This document shows, piece by piece, positions 39,760-49,091 of a stretch of DNA of 64,000 nucleotides (position 1 is the stretch's first letter; each line of letters starts with the position of its first letter). The notes under the pieces are model-generated. The model saw only the letters and a program-made list of their open reading frames with translations, had not been told where the DNA came from and searched no databases. A program made the position numbers and the translations under genes. Origin of the DNA: Candidatus Zhuqueibacterota bacterium (GTDB taxonomy: Bacteria > Zhuqueibacterota > Zhuqueibacteria > Thermofontimicrobiales > Thermofontimicrobiaceae); contig JBMOPW010000036.1 in NCBI GenBank assembly GCA_049322915.1, forward strand, positions 1-64,000. Reading direction: 5' to 3'.

Positions 39760-41010
39760 TCAACGCTTCAGTGGATTCCACGTACCTTTGGCCACGGCCG
39801 GGATGAAGGTATCGAGATCCGGCGGCGGGAACGGGATGGTTTTTCCCTGTTCAGCGCTCATGTAGGCTGTCATCAGGAGTTCGGTGACATTCACGCCATC
39901 GCTGAAATTTTCCTCCGGACGCTGGCCGGCCAGGAACGACTGAACCATGTGCCGGTTTTCGATGTCATAGCCGTATTCGTTCTCTTCGTTACTGATGACC
40001 GGCATCAGTCCCATTTCCGCATTTTGTTTCTCGATCATGTCTTCGCCGGATTTGCCCAGGATATTCCGGCTGAAAAACATTTTCAGCGGTGTATCCAGCG
40101 TGTTGATGGCCAGCGAATATTCCGGCCCCAATAATTCCATGCTCAACCGAAGTCCGGCGCCCACAAAGCACCACGATGTAGTCGTTTCCACGACGAGCTT
40201 CTGGCCCTTTTCATCGCGGTATTCGATGAGCGAACGGGCGAAATCCTCGGCCGGGCGATTGAGGTAATCGGTCTTGCCGCCGCTGTTATCCGCTAAAATT
40301 TTAGCATAATCCGGCTGCTGCCATTTCAGGCACGATGTGTACGCATTCACGCTGATGGGCGTCAACACGTTTCGGTCAGCGCCGGGCGGAGTGAGCATGA
40401 ATCGCGCTTCCTCCACGGAATGGCACATCATGTCGTTGAGCACGCCGCCGCCCTGGAGTTCGCCTTCCCAGAACCAGGGCATGTGGGGACCGCTGTGTTC
40501 TTCGGCGGCGCGGGCGAGATAGGGCCGGCCGGTCAGCGCAGCGCCGCGCGACCAGATAATGTTTTTCCCCCGAATCACTGTGGGCGAAAAAACCTGGTTT
40601 TCCAGATAGCCATCCAGCAGATTCGCCTCGCGGGCCAGCTTCAGCATGGCTTTGGCCTCGCGGACATTTCGCCCCAATGGCTTTTCGCAGGTCACGCCAA
40701 TCAATTCGCCTTTCCCGCTTTTTACGGCGTGGACAATCTCTTCCATCACTTCCAGCCGCGTGAAGTTGGGCGAGCAAATCCAGATGGCGCCGATATTCGG
40801 GTCTGCCACCATTTCAGTGATGGATTTGTAGGCTTTAGCCTCGCCCACATTAAGTTGCCGCGCTAATGCGGCTGCTTCGTTTGCCGTGTCTGTATTTTTA
40901 TCAACAATTCCAAGTACATCGGCGTCGCGCACAGCCACCCACGAGCGGATGTGAAACCGCGCGATGAATCCGCCGCCAATAAAACCGACGCCCAATCTCT
41001 TTTTTGCCAT
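39760..41010 (-). CDS. Cytoplasmic Gfo/Idh/MocA oxidoreductase
   Basis: GGAGG RBS; GFIGGGFI, CEKPLGR and GGGVLNDMMCH motifs; no signal peptide. Confidence 0.92.
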   Translation of the reverse strand: MAKKRLGVGFIGGGFIARFHIRSWVAVRDADVLGIVDKNTDTANEAAALARQLNVGEAKAYKSITEMVADPNIGAIWICSPNFTRLEVMEEIVHAVKSGKGELIGVTCEKPLGRNVREAKAMLKLAREANLLDGYLENQVFSPTVIRGKNIIWSRGAALTGRPYLARAAEEHSGPHMPWFWEGELQGGGVLNDMMCHSVEEARFMLTPPGADRNVLTPISVNAYTSCLKWQQPDYAKILADNSGGKTDYLNRPAEDFARSLIEYRDEKGQKLVVETTTSWCFVGAGLRLSMELLGPEYSLAINTLDTPLKMFFSRNILGKSGEDMIEKQNAEMGLMPVISNEENEYGYDIENRHMVQSFLAGQRPEENFSDGVNVTELLMTAYMSAEQGKTIPFPPPDLDTFIPAVAKGTWNPLKR

Positions 41011-41032
41011 GTTGACCTCCATGAACTATGTG

Positions 41033-41120
41033 GTGATAGGTGAATTGTGAATGGTGGTTTTCTCAAAACTATCACAATTCCAATTCACAATTCAAAATTG
41101 ATCGTTATCAATTGACAATT
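41033..41120. repeat. Heptamer-based imperfect palindrome
   Basis: GTGATAG GTGAATT GTGAATG facing CTATCAC..AATTCAC AATTCAA. Confidence 0.5.
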
Positions 41121-41157
41121 TTTTAGTGCACAATATAATCTTCGATTAACCTTTTTG

Positions 41158-41305
41158 GTAGCCGTTCACAGGTTCCAGGTTCAGCGTTCCCTGTTGGGAT
41201 TTTGGATATGGTTGCGCGAAACATTTTTTATGCTCAACTTCTCTGCCATCAACTGTGCGTTATCATTCACCTTAAACCCTGAACGATGAACCTGTGATCG
41301 GTTAA
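41158..41305. mobile_element. MITE copy 2 (IS66-like ends) with an 8-bp target-site duplication
   Basis: Ends GTAGCCGTTCACAGGTTC..GAACCTGTGATCGGTTAA; CCTTTTTG at both 41150-41157 and 41306-41313. Confidence 0.75.
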
Positions 41306-42522
41306 CCTTTTTGCCCCTTCGCTCCTGCAGCATTGTCTTTAAACGTCAGCATGAACAACAGCGCCACAGCAGCCGCGAAAATCGCCGGCGTCCACCAGAT
41401 ATGAGGCCAGTTTTTCACACCTTCGGCAGTGAACATGTCGACGATTTTGCCGGAAAGGAATGACCCCAGCCCAAGTCCGACGCCATAGGTGACCAGCGCA
41501 ATGAAGCCCTGGGCGCTGGCGCGAATGGACTTGTCCGCTTTTTTATCGATGTAAATCTGACCGGTGACGAAGAAGAAATCGTAGCACACACCGTGAAGCA
41601 GAATGCCCAGATAGAACATCCAGACCAGGCTGCCCATGTCGCCGCTGGCGAAAAGGATGTAGCGCAACAGCCAGGAGAACATGCCGACCAGCAGCATCTT
41701 TTTCACGCCCAGCCGAACGAAGAACCAGGGCATCAGCACCATGAAAATGACTTCAGACATTTGTCCGAGCGTTTGTTTGCCGGCCACTCCTTTCATGCCG
41801 AGGTCGTTCAAAAACATGTTGGTGAAATTATAATAAAACGCCAGTGGTATGGAAATCAGCAACGAACAGAGGACAAAAATGAGGAATGACCATTCTTTCA
41901 ACAGCCGCAGCGCCTTCAATCCCAGGATGTCGCCAATGCCCACTTCCTTGCCCACATTCTTCGGCGGGGTATTCGGCAGCGTGAGCGAATACAACCCCAT
42001 CACCAGGGAGACGATGCCGGCCATTTTCATGGGCACGGCGCTTTTTTCAACGTCCGCGAAGAACTTGAACTGAATGAGCATGATGATGAGCCCGGCCACA
42101 ATCCAGCCGATGGTGCCCCAGACGCGGATATTGGGAAATTGCTTGCCCGGGTCTTCCATCTGGTGAAATGAAATGGCGTTCACCAGGGCCAGCGTCGGCA
42201 TGTAGCAGAGATTGTAGAGAAGCAGCCCTGAGATAAGCCCGAACACCGTGGTGATATTCGACACGAACAAAAGGACGAGTCCGCCCAAAATGTGCAACAG
42301 CGACAGCACCTTTTCCGAGGAAAAATACCTGTCCGCAATCATACCGATGAAAAACGGCGAGAGGATGGCGGCGATGTTATTCATCAGATAGGTGTAGCCG
42401 ATTTGCGTCCCGCTGAAGTTGATGCTGCCCAGATAGGTGCCCAGCGTGACGAACCAGGCGCCCCAGATAAAAAACTGAAAAAACATCATGACACTTAACC
42501 GAATGTAAGTGTTCGTTTTCAT
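41302..42522 (-). CDS. MFS transporter, nucleoside:H+ symporter (NupG/YegT-like) family
   Basis: MMFFQFFIWGAW, ADRYFS.EK, IRVWGTIGWI and LHGVCYDFFFV motifs. Confidence 0.92.
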   Translation of the reverse strand: MKTNTYIRLSVMMFFQFFIWGAWFVTLGTYLGSINFSGTQIGYTYLMNNIAAILSPFFIGMIADRYFSSEKVLSLLHILGGLVLLFVSNITTVFGLISGLLLYNLCYMPTLALVNAISFHQMEDPGKQFPNIRVWGTIGWIVAGLIIMLIQFKFFADVEKSAVPMKMAGIVSLVMGLYSLTLPNTPPKNVGKEVGIGDILGLKALRLLKEWSFLIFVLCSLLISIPLAFYYNFTNMFLNDLGMKGVAGKQTLGQMSEVIFMVLMPWFFVRLGVKKMLLVGMFSWLLRYILFASGDMGSLVWMFYLGILLHGVCYDFFFVTGQIYIDKKADKSIRASAQGFIALVTYGVGLGLGSFLSGKIVDMFTAEGVKNWPHIWWTPAIFAAAVALLFMLTFKDNAAGAKGQKG

Positions 42523-42588
42523 TCATATCCCTCCTGAATACTTATATTGTTTCATCTGAAATACGATGATCAGTGCGTTCTTAAATGA

Positions 42589-43112
42589 AAAATCAAATGA
42601 CAATAAAACAAAACCCAAATAAAATCAAAATTCAAAAAAGAGAAAATCCAATTATTTTTGAGATTTTACGATGATCGCGGAGAAATTTTTTTTTTGCTCA
42701 TGCGCCTCCTGGATTAATTTCTGAACTTCATCTGGATCGTGTAGATTATTTGTCTCACTGATCAGTCTTAACCAGTAGGCACACTCTTTTGCTTCTTTCC
42801 TGCTGATCTTTATTCTCATCAAGAAATCCTTCTTGCTGAGCGACTCATTCGCTTCCCTGTAATTGGCTCCAACTGATCCCGAAGATTTTATCAATTGCTT
42901 GCTATCTTCGATGTTTGCCAATGTGTTGGGCAACGTTTTCACAAACAATCGAACGGATTTTGCGAACTGAAATGTCCGCTCCTCAAGATCATAAACAGGT
43001 TTAGGATTTGAAATTTCATCCATAGGCAGTTATTGAATTTTGTCTTTTAATTTGGAATTTGGATTTTGTTTATTGGTTCGTATTTGTCATTTGTGTTTTT
43101 GAAATTGGATTT
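42589..43112. repeat. Low-complexity inverted flanks enclosing the four-helix-bundle gene
   Basis: Nested inverted pairs CAAATGACAA (42594) / TTGTCATTTG (43084) and AAAATCCAA (42643) / TTGGATTTT (43059). Confidence 0.6.
42652..43023 (-). CDS. Four helix bundle protein (23S rRNA IVP-like / TIGR02436 type)
   Basis: YDLEERT..FA, QLIKSSGSVGANYREA and KDF..RIKISRKEAKE..YWL motifs. Confidence 0.92.
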   Translation of the reverse strand: MDEISNPKPVYDLEERTFQFAKSVRLFVKTLPNTLANIEDSKQLIKSSGSVGANYREANESLSKKDFLMRIKISRKEAKECAYWLRLISETNNLHDPDEVQKLIQEAHEQKKNFSAIIVKSQK

Positions 43113-44735
43113 TTATATAATCCTTCGCTTGATCGGATCCCAGGTGACTTTCCGATTTTCCAGGTAGGATTTCGTTGCCATGTGGCAGGCGATTCCTTCC
43201 TCGAAACCGAGATTGATGTCGCATTTGGGCGTGCTGCCGTTGCGAATGCTATCGATCCAGTCTTTCACATGCAGATGCGTCGTGTCCACCTGCTTGCCGC
43301 CGCGATAGGTATACATCAGACCTTTCTGGGCGAAATAGCGCGCAGTGGCCGAAGTGACCGCGTCGATTCCTTTGGCGCCCGGCGAGTAGGAGATGAGCGG
43401 CTCCGAGGTGTCAATCAGCTTCTCATCGATGTGCTGCCGGAACCGGGTCGAGTCGTACTCAATCCTGACTTCCACGCCATCGCCGACGTACATGGTGGCA
43501 TCGTGACCCATGATCATCCGCTGGCGACCATTGCCATTGGCCAGGGTTGCGCTGTACAGCAGCGTCAGGTTTCTCTTCGGATATTCGAACACCACGTTGA
43601 AGACGTCCGGCACGTCGCGCACTTCCTGCATCTTGTATTCTTTCTTTCGATCCCAGGCGTCATTGAAAAAATAAATTCCGCCGGATGCCACGGCTGTTTC
43701 AGGAATACCGAGGCTCAGAATCTGATTGACTGCGGCGAACTCGTGCGAGAGCAGGTCGCCGGAAAGACCTGTGCCATAATCAAACCAGCAGCGCCATCGG
43801 AAGAAACGCTCCAGGCTGAAGGGCACTTTATGGGGTGCTGCTTCCTCGAATTGCGCCCAGTCGATTGTCTCGGGGCTCCCTTTCTCGTGGATGTTGTAAT
43901 ACCAGGCGCCGTCCGGAGAGTTTCTGTTGGTGCTTGTTTCGATCAGACTGAGTCTGCCGAGAATGCCTTTGTCCACGATTTCTTTGGCTTTGATATGGCT
44001 TTCCTGCTGATGGTTCTGATGTCCCAATTGGAAGACAATGCCGCTTTTTTTCACGGCATCAGCCAACTGATACACCTCTTCTTCAGTGCGGGTGATGCAT
44101 TTTTCGAGATAGACATGCTTGCCGGCATTGGCGGCGTCGATGGCCATTTGCGCATGCCAGTGATCCGGTGTGGCAATTATGACCGCATCCACGTCCGGGC
44201 TGGCCAGTAATTCGCGATAGGTCCGGTACCGCCGGGCGCCTTTGAGATTGCCGGCGCCGCCGGGACGCACGTCATTTTTCGAAGAAGCCAGTCCGCGTTC
44301 CGCGTGAACATCGAAAATGTCGCAGACTGCGGTGAGTTCGACGTTCAGGTTATCCTGGCCTAAAAATATCTCCAGCCCCTTGTCCAGCTTATTTTTCAGG
44401 GCGTCCTGCGCTTTGGCAGCAGTCCAGTCCGGATGAGCAAAACCAGCGCCGCGCACCAAATGTTCGCCGCGACCGCCGTATCCGATAATTCCCAGCCGGA
44501 TGAGATTCCCGGCCTGGCCGCTGCTCGGACCAGTGTGAACGGCCGGCGCTTCTTTGTTCAAACCCAATTCTTCGAGAATTTTTTCCTTGCGTTGATTATC
44601 CGATGAATACTTTTCGAGCAAACTGTAAAAGAACACCCCAAAAACAGGGATGGATGCCAAACCCTTCAGAAAGTCCCGGCGATTGGTTCCTGATTCTTTG
44701 CTGTGTTTGGCGGTTGATTTTTTATTTTCTGACAT
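43113..44735 (-). CDS. Tat-exported or membrane-anchored Gfo/Idh/MocA oxidoreductase (long form)
   Basis: NRRDFLK signal; GIIGYGGRG, IATPDHWH, YLEKC and GLSGDLLSH motifs. Confidence 0.9.
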   Translation of the reverse strand: MSENKKSTAKHSKESGTNRRDFLKGLASIPVFGVFFYSLLEKYSSDNQRKEKILEELGLNKEAPAVHTGPSSGQAGNLIRLGIIGYGGRGEHLVRGAGFAHPDWTAAKAQDALKNKLDKGLEIFLGQDNLNVELTAVCDIFDVHAERGLASSKNDVRPGGAGNLKGARRYRTYRELLASPDVDAVIIATPDHWHAQMAIDAANAGKHVYLEKCITRTEEEVYQLADAVKKSGIVFQLGHQNHQQESHIKAKEIVDKGILGRLSLIETSTNRNSPDGAWYYNIHEKGSPETIDWAQFEEAAPHKVPFSLERFFRWRCWFDYGTGLSGDLLSHEFAAVNQILSLGIPETAVASGGIYFFNDAWDRKKEYKMQEVRDVPDVFNVVFEYPKRNLTLLYSATLANGNGRQRMIMGHDATMYVGDGVEVRIEYDSTRFRQHIDEKLIDTSEPLISYSPGAKGIDAVTSATARYFAQKGLMYTYRGGKQVDTTHLHVKDWIDSIRNGSTPKCDINLGFEEGIACHMATKSYLENRKVTWDPIKRRII

Positions 44736-44813
44736 ATCAAATCCTCCGGAAATTCATTTTGATTAAATTGCTAATGTCTGCAAAGCCGTTCAACAGATGC
44801 AGCAGTTACTATT

Positions 44814-44972
44814 CGTGGTTTTGAAGGTTCGCTCCGGCCCGATCACCGAGGCGCTGCCTCCGGCGGGAAAGTCAGGCGAATTCCTGGCGATGTTTTCTTC
44901 GGAAAAGCCCGGATCATTTCACGACCCGAACACTGACCCGGCTATCTCCCATCGCTGAACCGCAAAACCACG
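44814..44972. repeat. Intergenic element bounded by ~16-bp inverted repeats
   Basis: CGTGGTTTTGAAGGTTC (44814-44830) / GAACCGCAAAACCACG (44957-44972). Confidence 0.45.
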
Positions 44973-44994
44973 TTCCACGCTGGTATGTTCAGCG

Positions 44995-45489
44995 CTATTT
45001 TTTTCTGAAAATGAAAATGTCCACTCCAACAATTCTCCCTGTTGGGAAAAAGGCCAGTACGAACAGCGCCGCGATTTCAATCAAGGTTTTATTGACAATG
45101 AGATACGCGCCTTCGGTCGGCATGGTGTACGTCAGGCCAATGAACGGCGGGGCGCTGAGGTAGTACAGACTCAACAGGACAATCCCGAAAATTGTCGCAG
45201 CCTGTGTCAAAACGCCGGCAATGAGCCCCAGCCCGATTGCGATCAATCCCCATTCATTCAGGAAATCAACAACGCTGAGGACGCCGGGATTGGAAAGGAT
45301 GCTTTTGAACAGTCCGGCAAAAATCCCTTTGGAATCGACCAGGTAACTTGCAGCAGACCAGTAGGGATTCAGCAGTTTGGAGAAACCCTCGTAAAGCAGA
45401 TGCCAGCCAATGAGCATTCTCAAGACGACAAGCACCGTGATCTGGCCATTGGAGAAGGCCGATGAATCACTTTTAAATCGTTTTGGCAT
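44995..45489 (-). CDS. DoxX family membrane protein
   Basis: LRMLIGWH.LYEG.SKL, IGLGLIAG and G..VGVD motifs; 4 TM helices; AGGAGG RBS. Confidence 0.88.
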   Translation of the reverse strand: MPKRFKSDSSAFSNGQITVLVVLRMLIGWHLLYEGFSKLLNPYWSAASYLVDSKGIFAGLFKSILSNPGVLSVVDFLNEWGLIAIGLGLIAGVLTQAATIFGIVLLSLYYLSAPPFIGLTYTMPTEGAYLIVNKTLIEIAALFVLAFFPTGRIVGVDIFIFRKK

Positions 45490-45811
45490 AAATTTCCTCC
45501 TGAAAGGTAGTTCATAAAGTTGAATTTTGATGGGCCGCGTAGACCGAAGTCAATAGAGCGACAGCAATGAACGAGCGCAGATGAGTGATCCCGGGGAGAA
45601 CTCTATTGCTCTGCCGACTTTGGCGGAGACTGGAATAGCTTCTTGCTACGAGGCTGTATCAAAAGTGGTTTTGTCATTGAGTCATGTAAGTGCACATGCG
45701 CCGATGCCGCAGTGCGCACAGATTTAGTCTGAGTGATTGTTGATTGACCTCCTGTACTTATTCACCAGTGAACTGGATTAATTTAAAAGTCGCTGCGCCG
45801 ATGTGGGCAGT

Positions 45812-48007
45812 TCATTTTTTATCGTGACGCTGCGCCGTCGCACCGGCCAGGTATTTGTAGATTCCTTTCTCCCAATTATCCAGATCGGATGTGTACCATC
45901 GCGAGATGCGACTGCCGGACGGCCCGCCGGGAAGATTCGTCCATAGGCCGTCTTCAGCAAAATCGACAATCATGCGAAACGATGGCGCGAATGTATTGAT
46001 TCTGCCGGCGTTGTTCCAGATCTGTCCCTGGGAGATGGTGGCGCGACAGCCGATCATCGGTTTGTTTTTGATGTCAAAACCCAAAAAGCCGGGAAGCTTG
46101 CCGCCGAGGAAAATATTCATCATGTCGAATGAATGGGTCTTGCCATACGGCAGTGGCTTGATGTCTAAACCGGCAGCGATGGCTTCCTGAATGACGGCGT
46201 CCCTGTTCAGCCCCTCGAACCAGGCCGACTGCTCATCCATCAGCACATCATCGAAATTGCCGTAGAAATCCGTGAACAGACTGGTGCGGGTGAGCAAATG
46301 CTCCATGGCGTCCGCGCCGATGCCATGGGCGCCGAAGACGATTTTCAGGCAGTTCAGATAAAGCGATTCGAATATCGTCGCGCTCTTCGAATCCGTAACA
46401 TAGCTCATATTCCAATTCTGCAGAATATCCGCATTTAGATGGTCCGGCAGGAGCGGAATGAACAGCATGATCAATCGCTCCGCTTGTTTGGAATAGACGT
46501 CATACTGCATTCGCTGAATGTACTGCCGGTCGACGGAATCGCTGTGCTGCAACCGATCCATGATGCGCTGGAAGCGGTAGGCCGCCATCGGCAGATTGAT
46601 GGGATGCGCCTTTCCGAGTGCATTCAAATCATTATTGGCAGTGGCCAGATAGCCAGCCTCAGGATTTTCGCTTTGCGGGAAAAGCGCCGGATCGACAAAT
46701 CCCTGCCAGTCATTTTCCGGCATCCAGCCGGGAATGGGGAGAAGTCCGCTGAGGCCTTTTTTCCGCTGTGGCATTCTGCCGCTCATTTGATAGCCAATGT
46801 TGCCGGCGTCGTCCGCAAACACCCAGTTCATGGTGGGCACAGAGACTTCGCGGAATCTCTGCCTGGCTTCGGCCACAGTTTTGATCGTATCGATGGCCAG
46901 AATGTTGTTGAGAATATCGGCGCCAACGCCGCTGCGACCTGTGAACGCCATGGACAGGTACTTGCCCGGTTTCCCTGGATCGCCTTCCAGTACGCCGTGC
47001 TGATTTTCAAAGAAAGTGAGTTCGATCGGCTGTTTCTTCCGGGGGCGGATGATTTCGGTGCGTTTTTCAAAAGGCAGCCACTGGCCATCGTAGCAGAATT
47101 TTTCGTCTCGGCAATCTTCGATGAAATAATCGATCATGTCCATGAACGCGTAGGTTCCGCCCCATGCGAGATGACGCGTACGACCCATCACCATCACCGG
47201 AAGGCCGGGCATGGTGATGCCCATCGTGACGGTATCGTTCATTTGCCAGATCATCTCGTACCACAGCGCCGGCAGGCGATTGACGTCCATGTGCGGATCA
47301 GTCGCCAGCATGGCTTTGCCGGATTTTGTCCTCGTGCCGGAAATCGCCCAGGAATTGCTGGCGCGCAGGTCCGGCAAAACGCCTTTCCACAAATGGCCGG
47401 GCACGGGTTCTTGCTGCAATTGAATCTGTTTGATCAGAGCGTAATCGATCTCTTCGGTGAGGTAGGGGAACAGCGCGCGCAGTTTCTTTTCCGGTATTTC
47501 GCGCTGAATCATTTGAACGAGGAACTTTTCCATGTCGCCCTGAGCCTGGGCCAGACCGATGTAGCCCATCAGTTTGGCCGTGAGTATCGAATCCTGAATC
47601 GTCCAGGGCGCGGGAGTGTAGCCCACCATCCGGAATTCCAGCGGCCTCTTTTTCGTGGCAATGGCGCGATTGATTCCAGCGCAATAGGCGTCCATGGCCC
47701 GCTTCGTGTCAGGGGTCAGTTTTTCGATCTCCGCGTCCGTGTCTTTCCTGAGAAAAAGCCAGCGCATGTACCTGTCAACAGCGATCAAATCGTCCGTGCC
47801 GGCGAAATCCTCGGACGCTCTGCCATGGCCGATGGAACGCACCAGCATCAGTTGCACCATGCGATCCCAGGCCTGGGCATAGCCGATTGCGAAGCAGAGG
47901 TCCTCGCGATTATTGGCGGTGATGAGGGGGACACCGTGTTCCGTTCGTTTGATAGAAACCAGGTTATGAATAGCGTGCAGGGTAAAATTTTTAGTCGATT
48001 CGTTCAT
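45812..48007 (-). CDS. Penicillin acylase family Ntn-hydrolase
   Basis: HGVPLI, GYAQAWDR, ASNSWAISG (beta-chain Ser nucleophile), DPH, ATANN and PGGPSG motifs. Confidence 0.9.
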   Translation of the reverse strand: MNESTKNFTLHAIHNLVSIKRTEHGVPLITANNREDLCFAIGYAQAWDRMVQLMLVRSIGHGRASEDFAGTDDLIAVDRYMRWLFLRKDTDAEIEKLTPDTKRAMDAYCAGINRAIATKKRPLEFRMVGYTPAPWTIQDSILTAKLMGYIGLAQAQGDMEKFLVQMIQREIPEKKLRALFPYLTEEIDYALIKQIQLQQEPVPGHLWKGVLPDLRASNSWAISGTRTKSGKAMLATDPHMDVNRLPALWYEMIWQMNDTVTMGITMPGLPVMVMGRTRHLAWGGTYAFMDMIDYFIEDCRDEKFCYDGQWLPFEKRTEIIRPRKKQPIELTFFENQHGVLEGDPGKPGKYLSMAFTGRSGVGADILNNILAIDTIKTVAEARQRFREVSVPTMNWVFADDAGNIGYQMSGRMPQRKKGLSGLLPIPGWMPENDWQGFVDPALFPQSENPEAGYLATANNDLNALGKAHPINLPMAAYRFQRIMDRLQHSDSVDRQYIQRMQYDVYSKQAERLIMLFIPLLPDHLNADILQNWNMSYVTDSKSATIFESLYLNCLKIVFGAHGIGADAMEHLLTRTSLFTDFYGNFDDVLMDEQSAWFEGLNRDAVIQEAIAAGLDIKPLPYGKTHSFDMMNIFLGGKLPGFLGFDIKNKPMIGCRATISQGQIWNNAGRINTFAPSFRMIVDFAEDGLWTNLPGGPSGSRISRWYTSDLDNWEKGIYKYLAGATAQRHDKK

Positions 48008-48080
48008 GGATTCTCACTCGGTTCGATTCATGGATTCTCTGTGCGAGACTCGTCTGATCAGATTTTTTCCCGGGAAGTTG

Positions 48081-49043
48081 TCATTTTTTCTGAAATAACA
48101 ACCGTTGCCATAAATGCGGAGCTCTGTCAGCGTTGGGAATATAATCGTCAATGCAATTGAAATTGTAAGATTTTAAAAATTCCTTCAGAGAGGGAATGTG
48201 ATAAGCGCGGATGCTCATTAATTTAATCCGATCGTTGGGAGTGATCGTCACCCATTCGTCCAGAACGCTTATCTGTTTGTCCAGATTGGGGACAAAGTAA
48301 AACGTACAGGTCAGCGCGTTCAACAGCAGGTCTTCTTCCTCCTGGCTGATGATGTGACCATGTTCCTCGGAGAGCGCGAATTTCTCCAGCAATCGGGCGA
48401 AGAAATTTCGGTAATTCTTCGGCAGGTCCGCGTATCGTTTTTTCAGCGCGTTATTCATCTCGGGGGTATGCCCTGTCGGGACAATATCGAGGTAAAAATA
48501 ATCATGGGTTCCAACGAGAGCGCGCATCACACCGGCAATGTGCGTCTGTTCGAAATTGCCAAAAGTGCCGCCCATGAATGCGTACAGGATAGTATCATAG
48601 TGTTGCAGGTAAGGAGTCAATGCGTCTTTGAAAGTGGAGTGCGTGAAATCAGCGAGGAAAAATCGTCGGTTGTACCGGACGTCGGCGAGGCTGGCCGAGG
48701 CGAGCTTCAACATGGCTTCGGAGGAATCGACGCCAAAATAGTCGATGCGATAGCCCTGCCGGCTCAGATGTTGGAGCAGCATCTTTTCCGGCGCGCCATT
48801 GCCGCAGCCGAGGCTGACAAAGGCCGTCGATGAATCGGCGCGCAGCACTTTCAGCTTCTCGAAAAATTGAACCTCATCGCGCCAATTGATCTGAATGATA
48901 CCGGGGCCGCGGTACTGGTAAAACGATTCTGCGCCTTCTGCTGTGTAGAAAATATTCTGTTGTATCGATTTTAGAGATTTGATCTCCCGAAGGTTATCCG
49001 CCAGGATTTTCTCTCCGGATTGAAAAACGATCGTGTCAGTCAT
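48081..49043 (-). CDS. SAM-dependent methyltransferase, EgtD/Methyltransf_33-like
   Basis: QNIFY..EGA..F, VSLGCGNG..EK, GVDSS..ML, ADF and GGTFGNF motifs. Confidence 0.7.
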   Translation of the reverse strand: MTDTIVFQSGEKILADNLREIKSLKSIQQNIFYTAEGAESFYQYRGPGIIQINWRDEVQFFEKLKVLRADSSTAFVSLGCGNGAPEKMLLQHLSRQGYRIDYFGVDSSEAMLKLASASLADVRYNRRFFLADFTHSTFKDALTPYLQHYDTILYAFMGGTFGNFEQTHIAGVMRALVGTHDYFYLDIVPTGHTPEMNNALKKRYADLPKNYRNFFARLLEKFALSEEHGHIISQEEEDLLLNALTCTFYFVPNLDKQISVLDEWVTITPNDRIKLMSIRAYHIPSLKEFLKSYNFNCIDDYIPNADRAPHLWQRLLFQKK

Positions 49044-49091
49044 AGTCCGTCGATAATTTTTTCAATGATGCCCCTCCCGCATTAAGTAGAA

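Noticed and set aside
46439..48160. 573-aa plus-strand ORF
   Set aside because: Antisense shadow of the penicillin acylase gene, with no motifs of its own.
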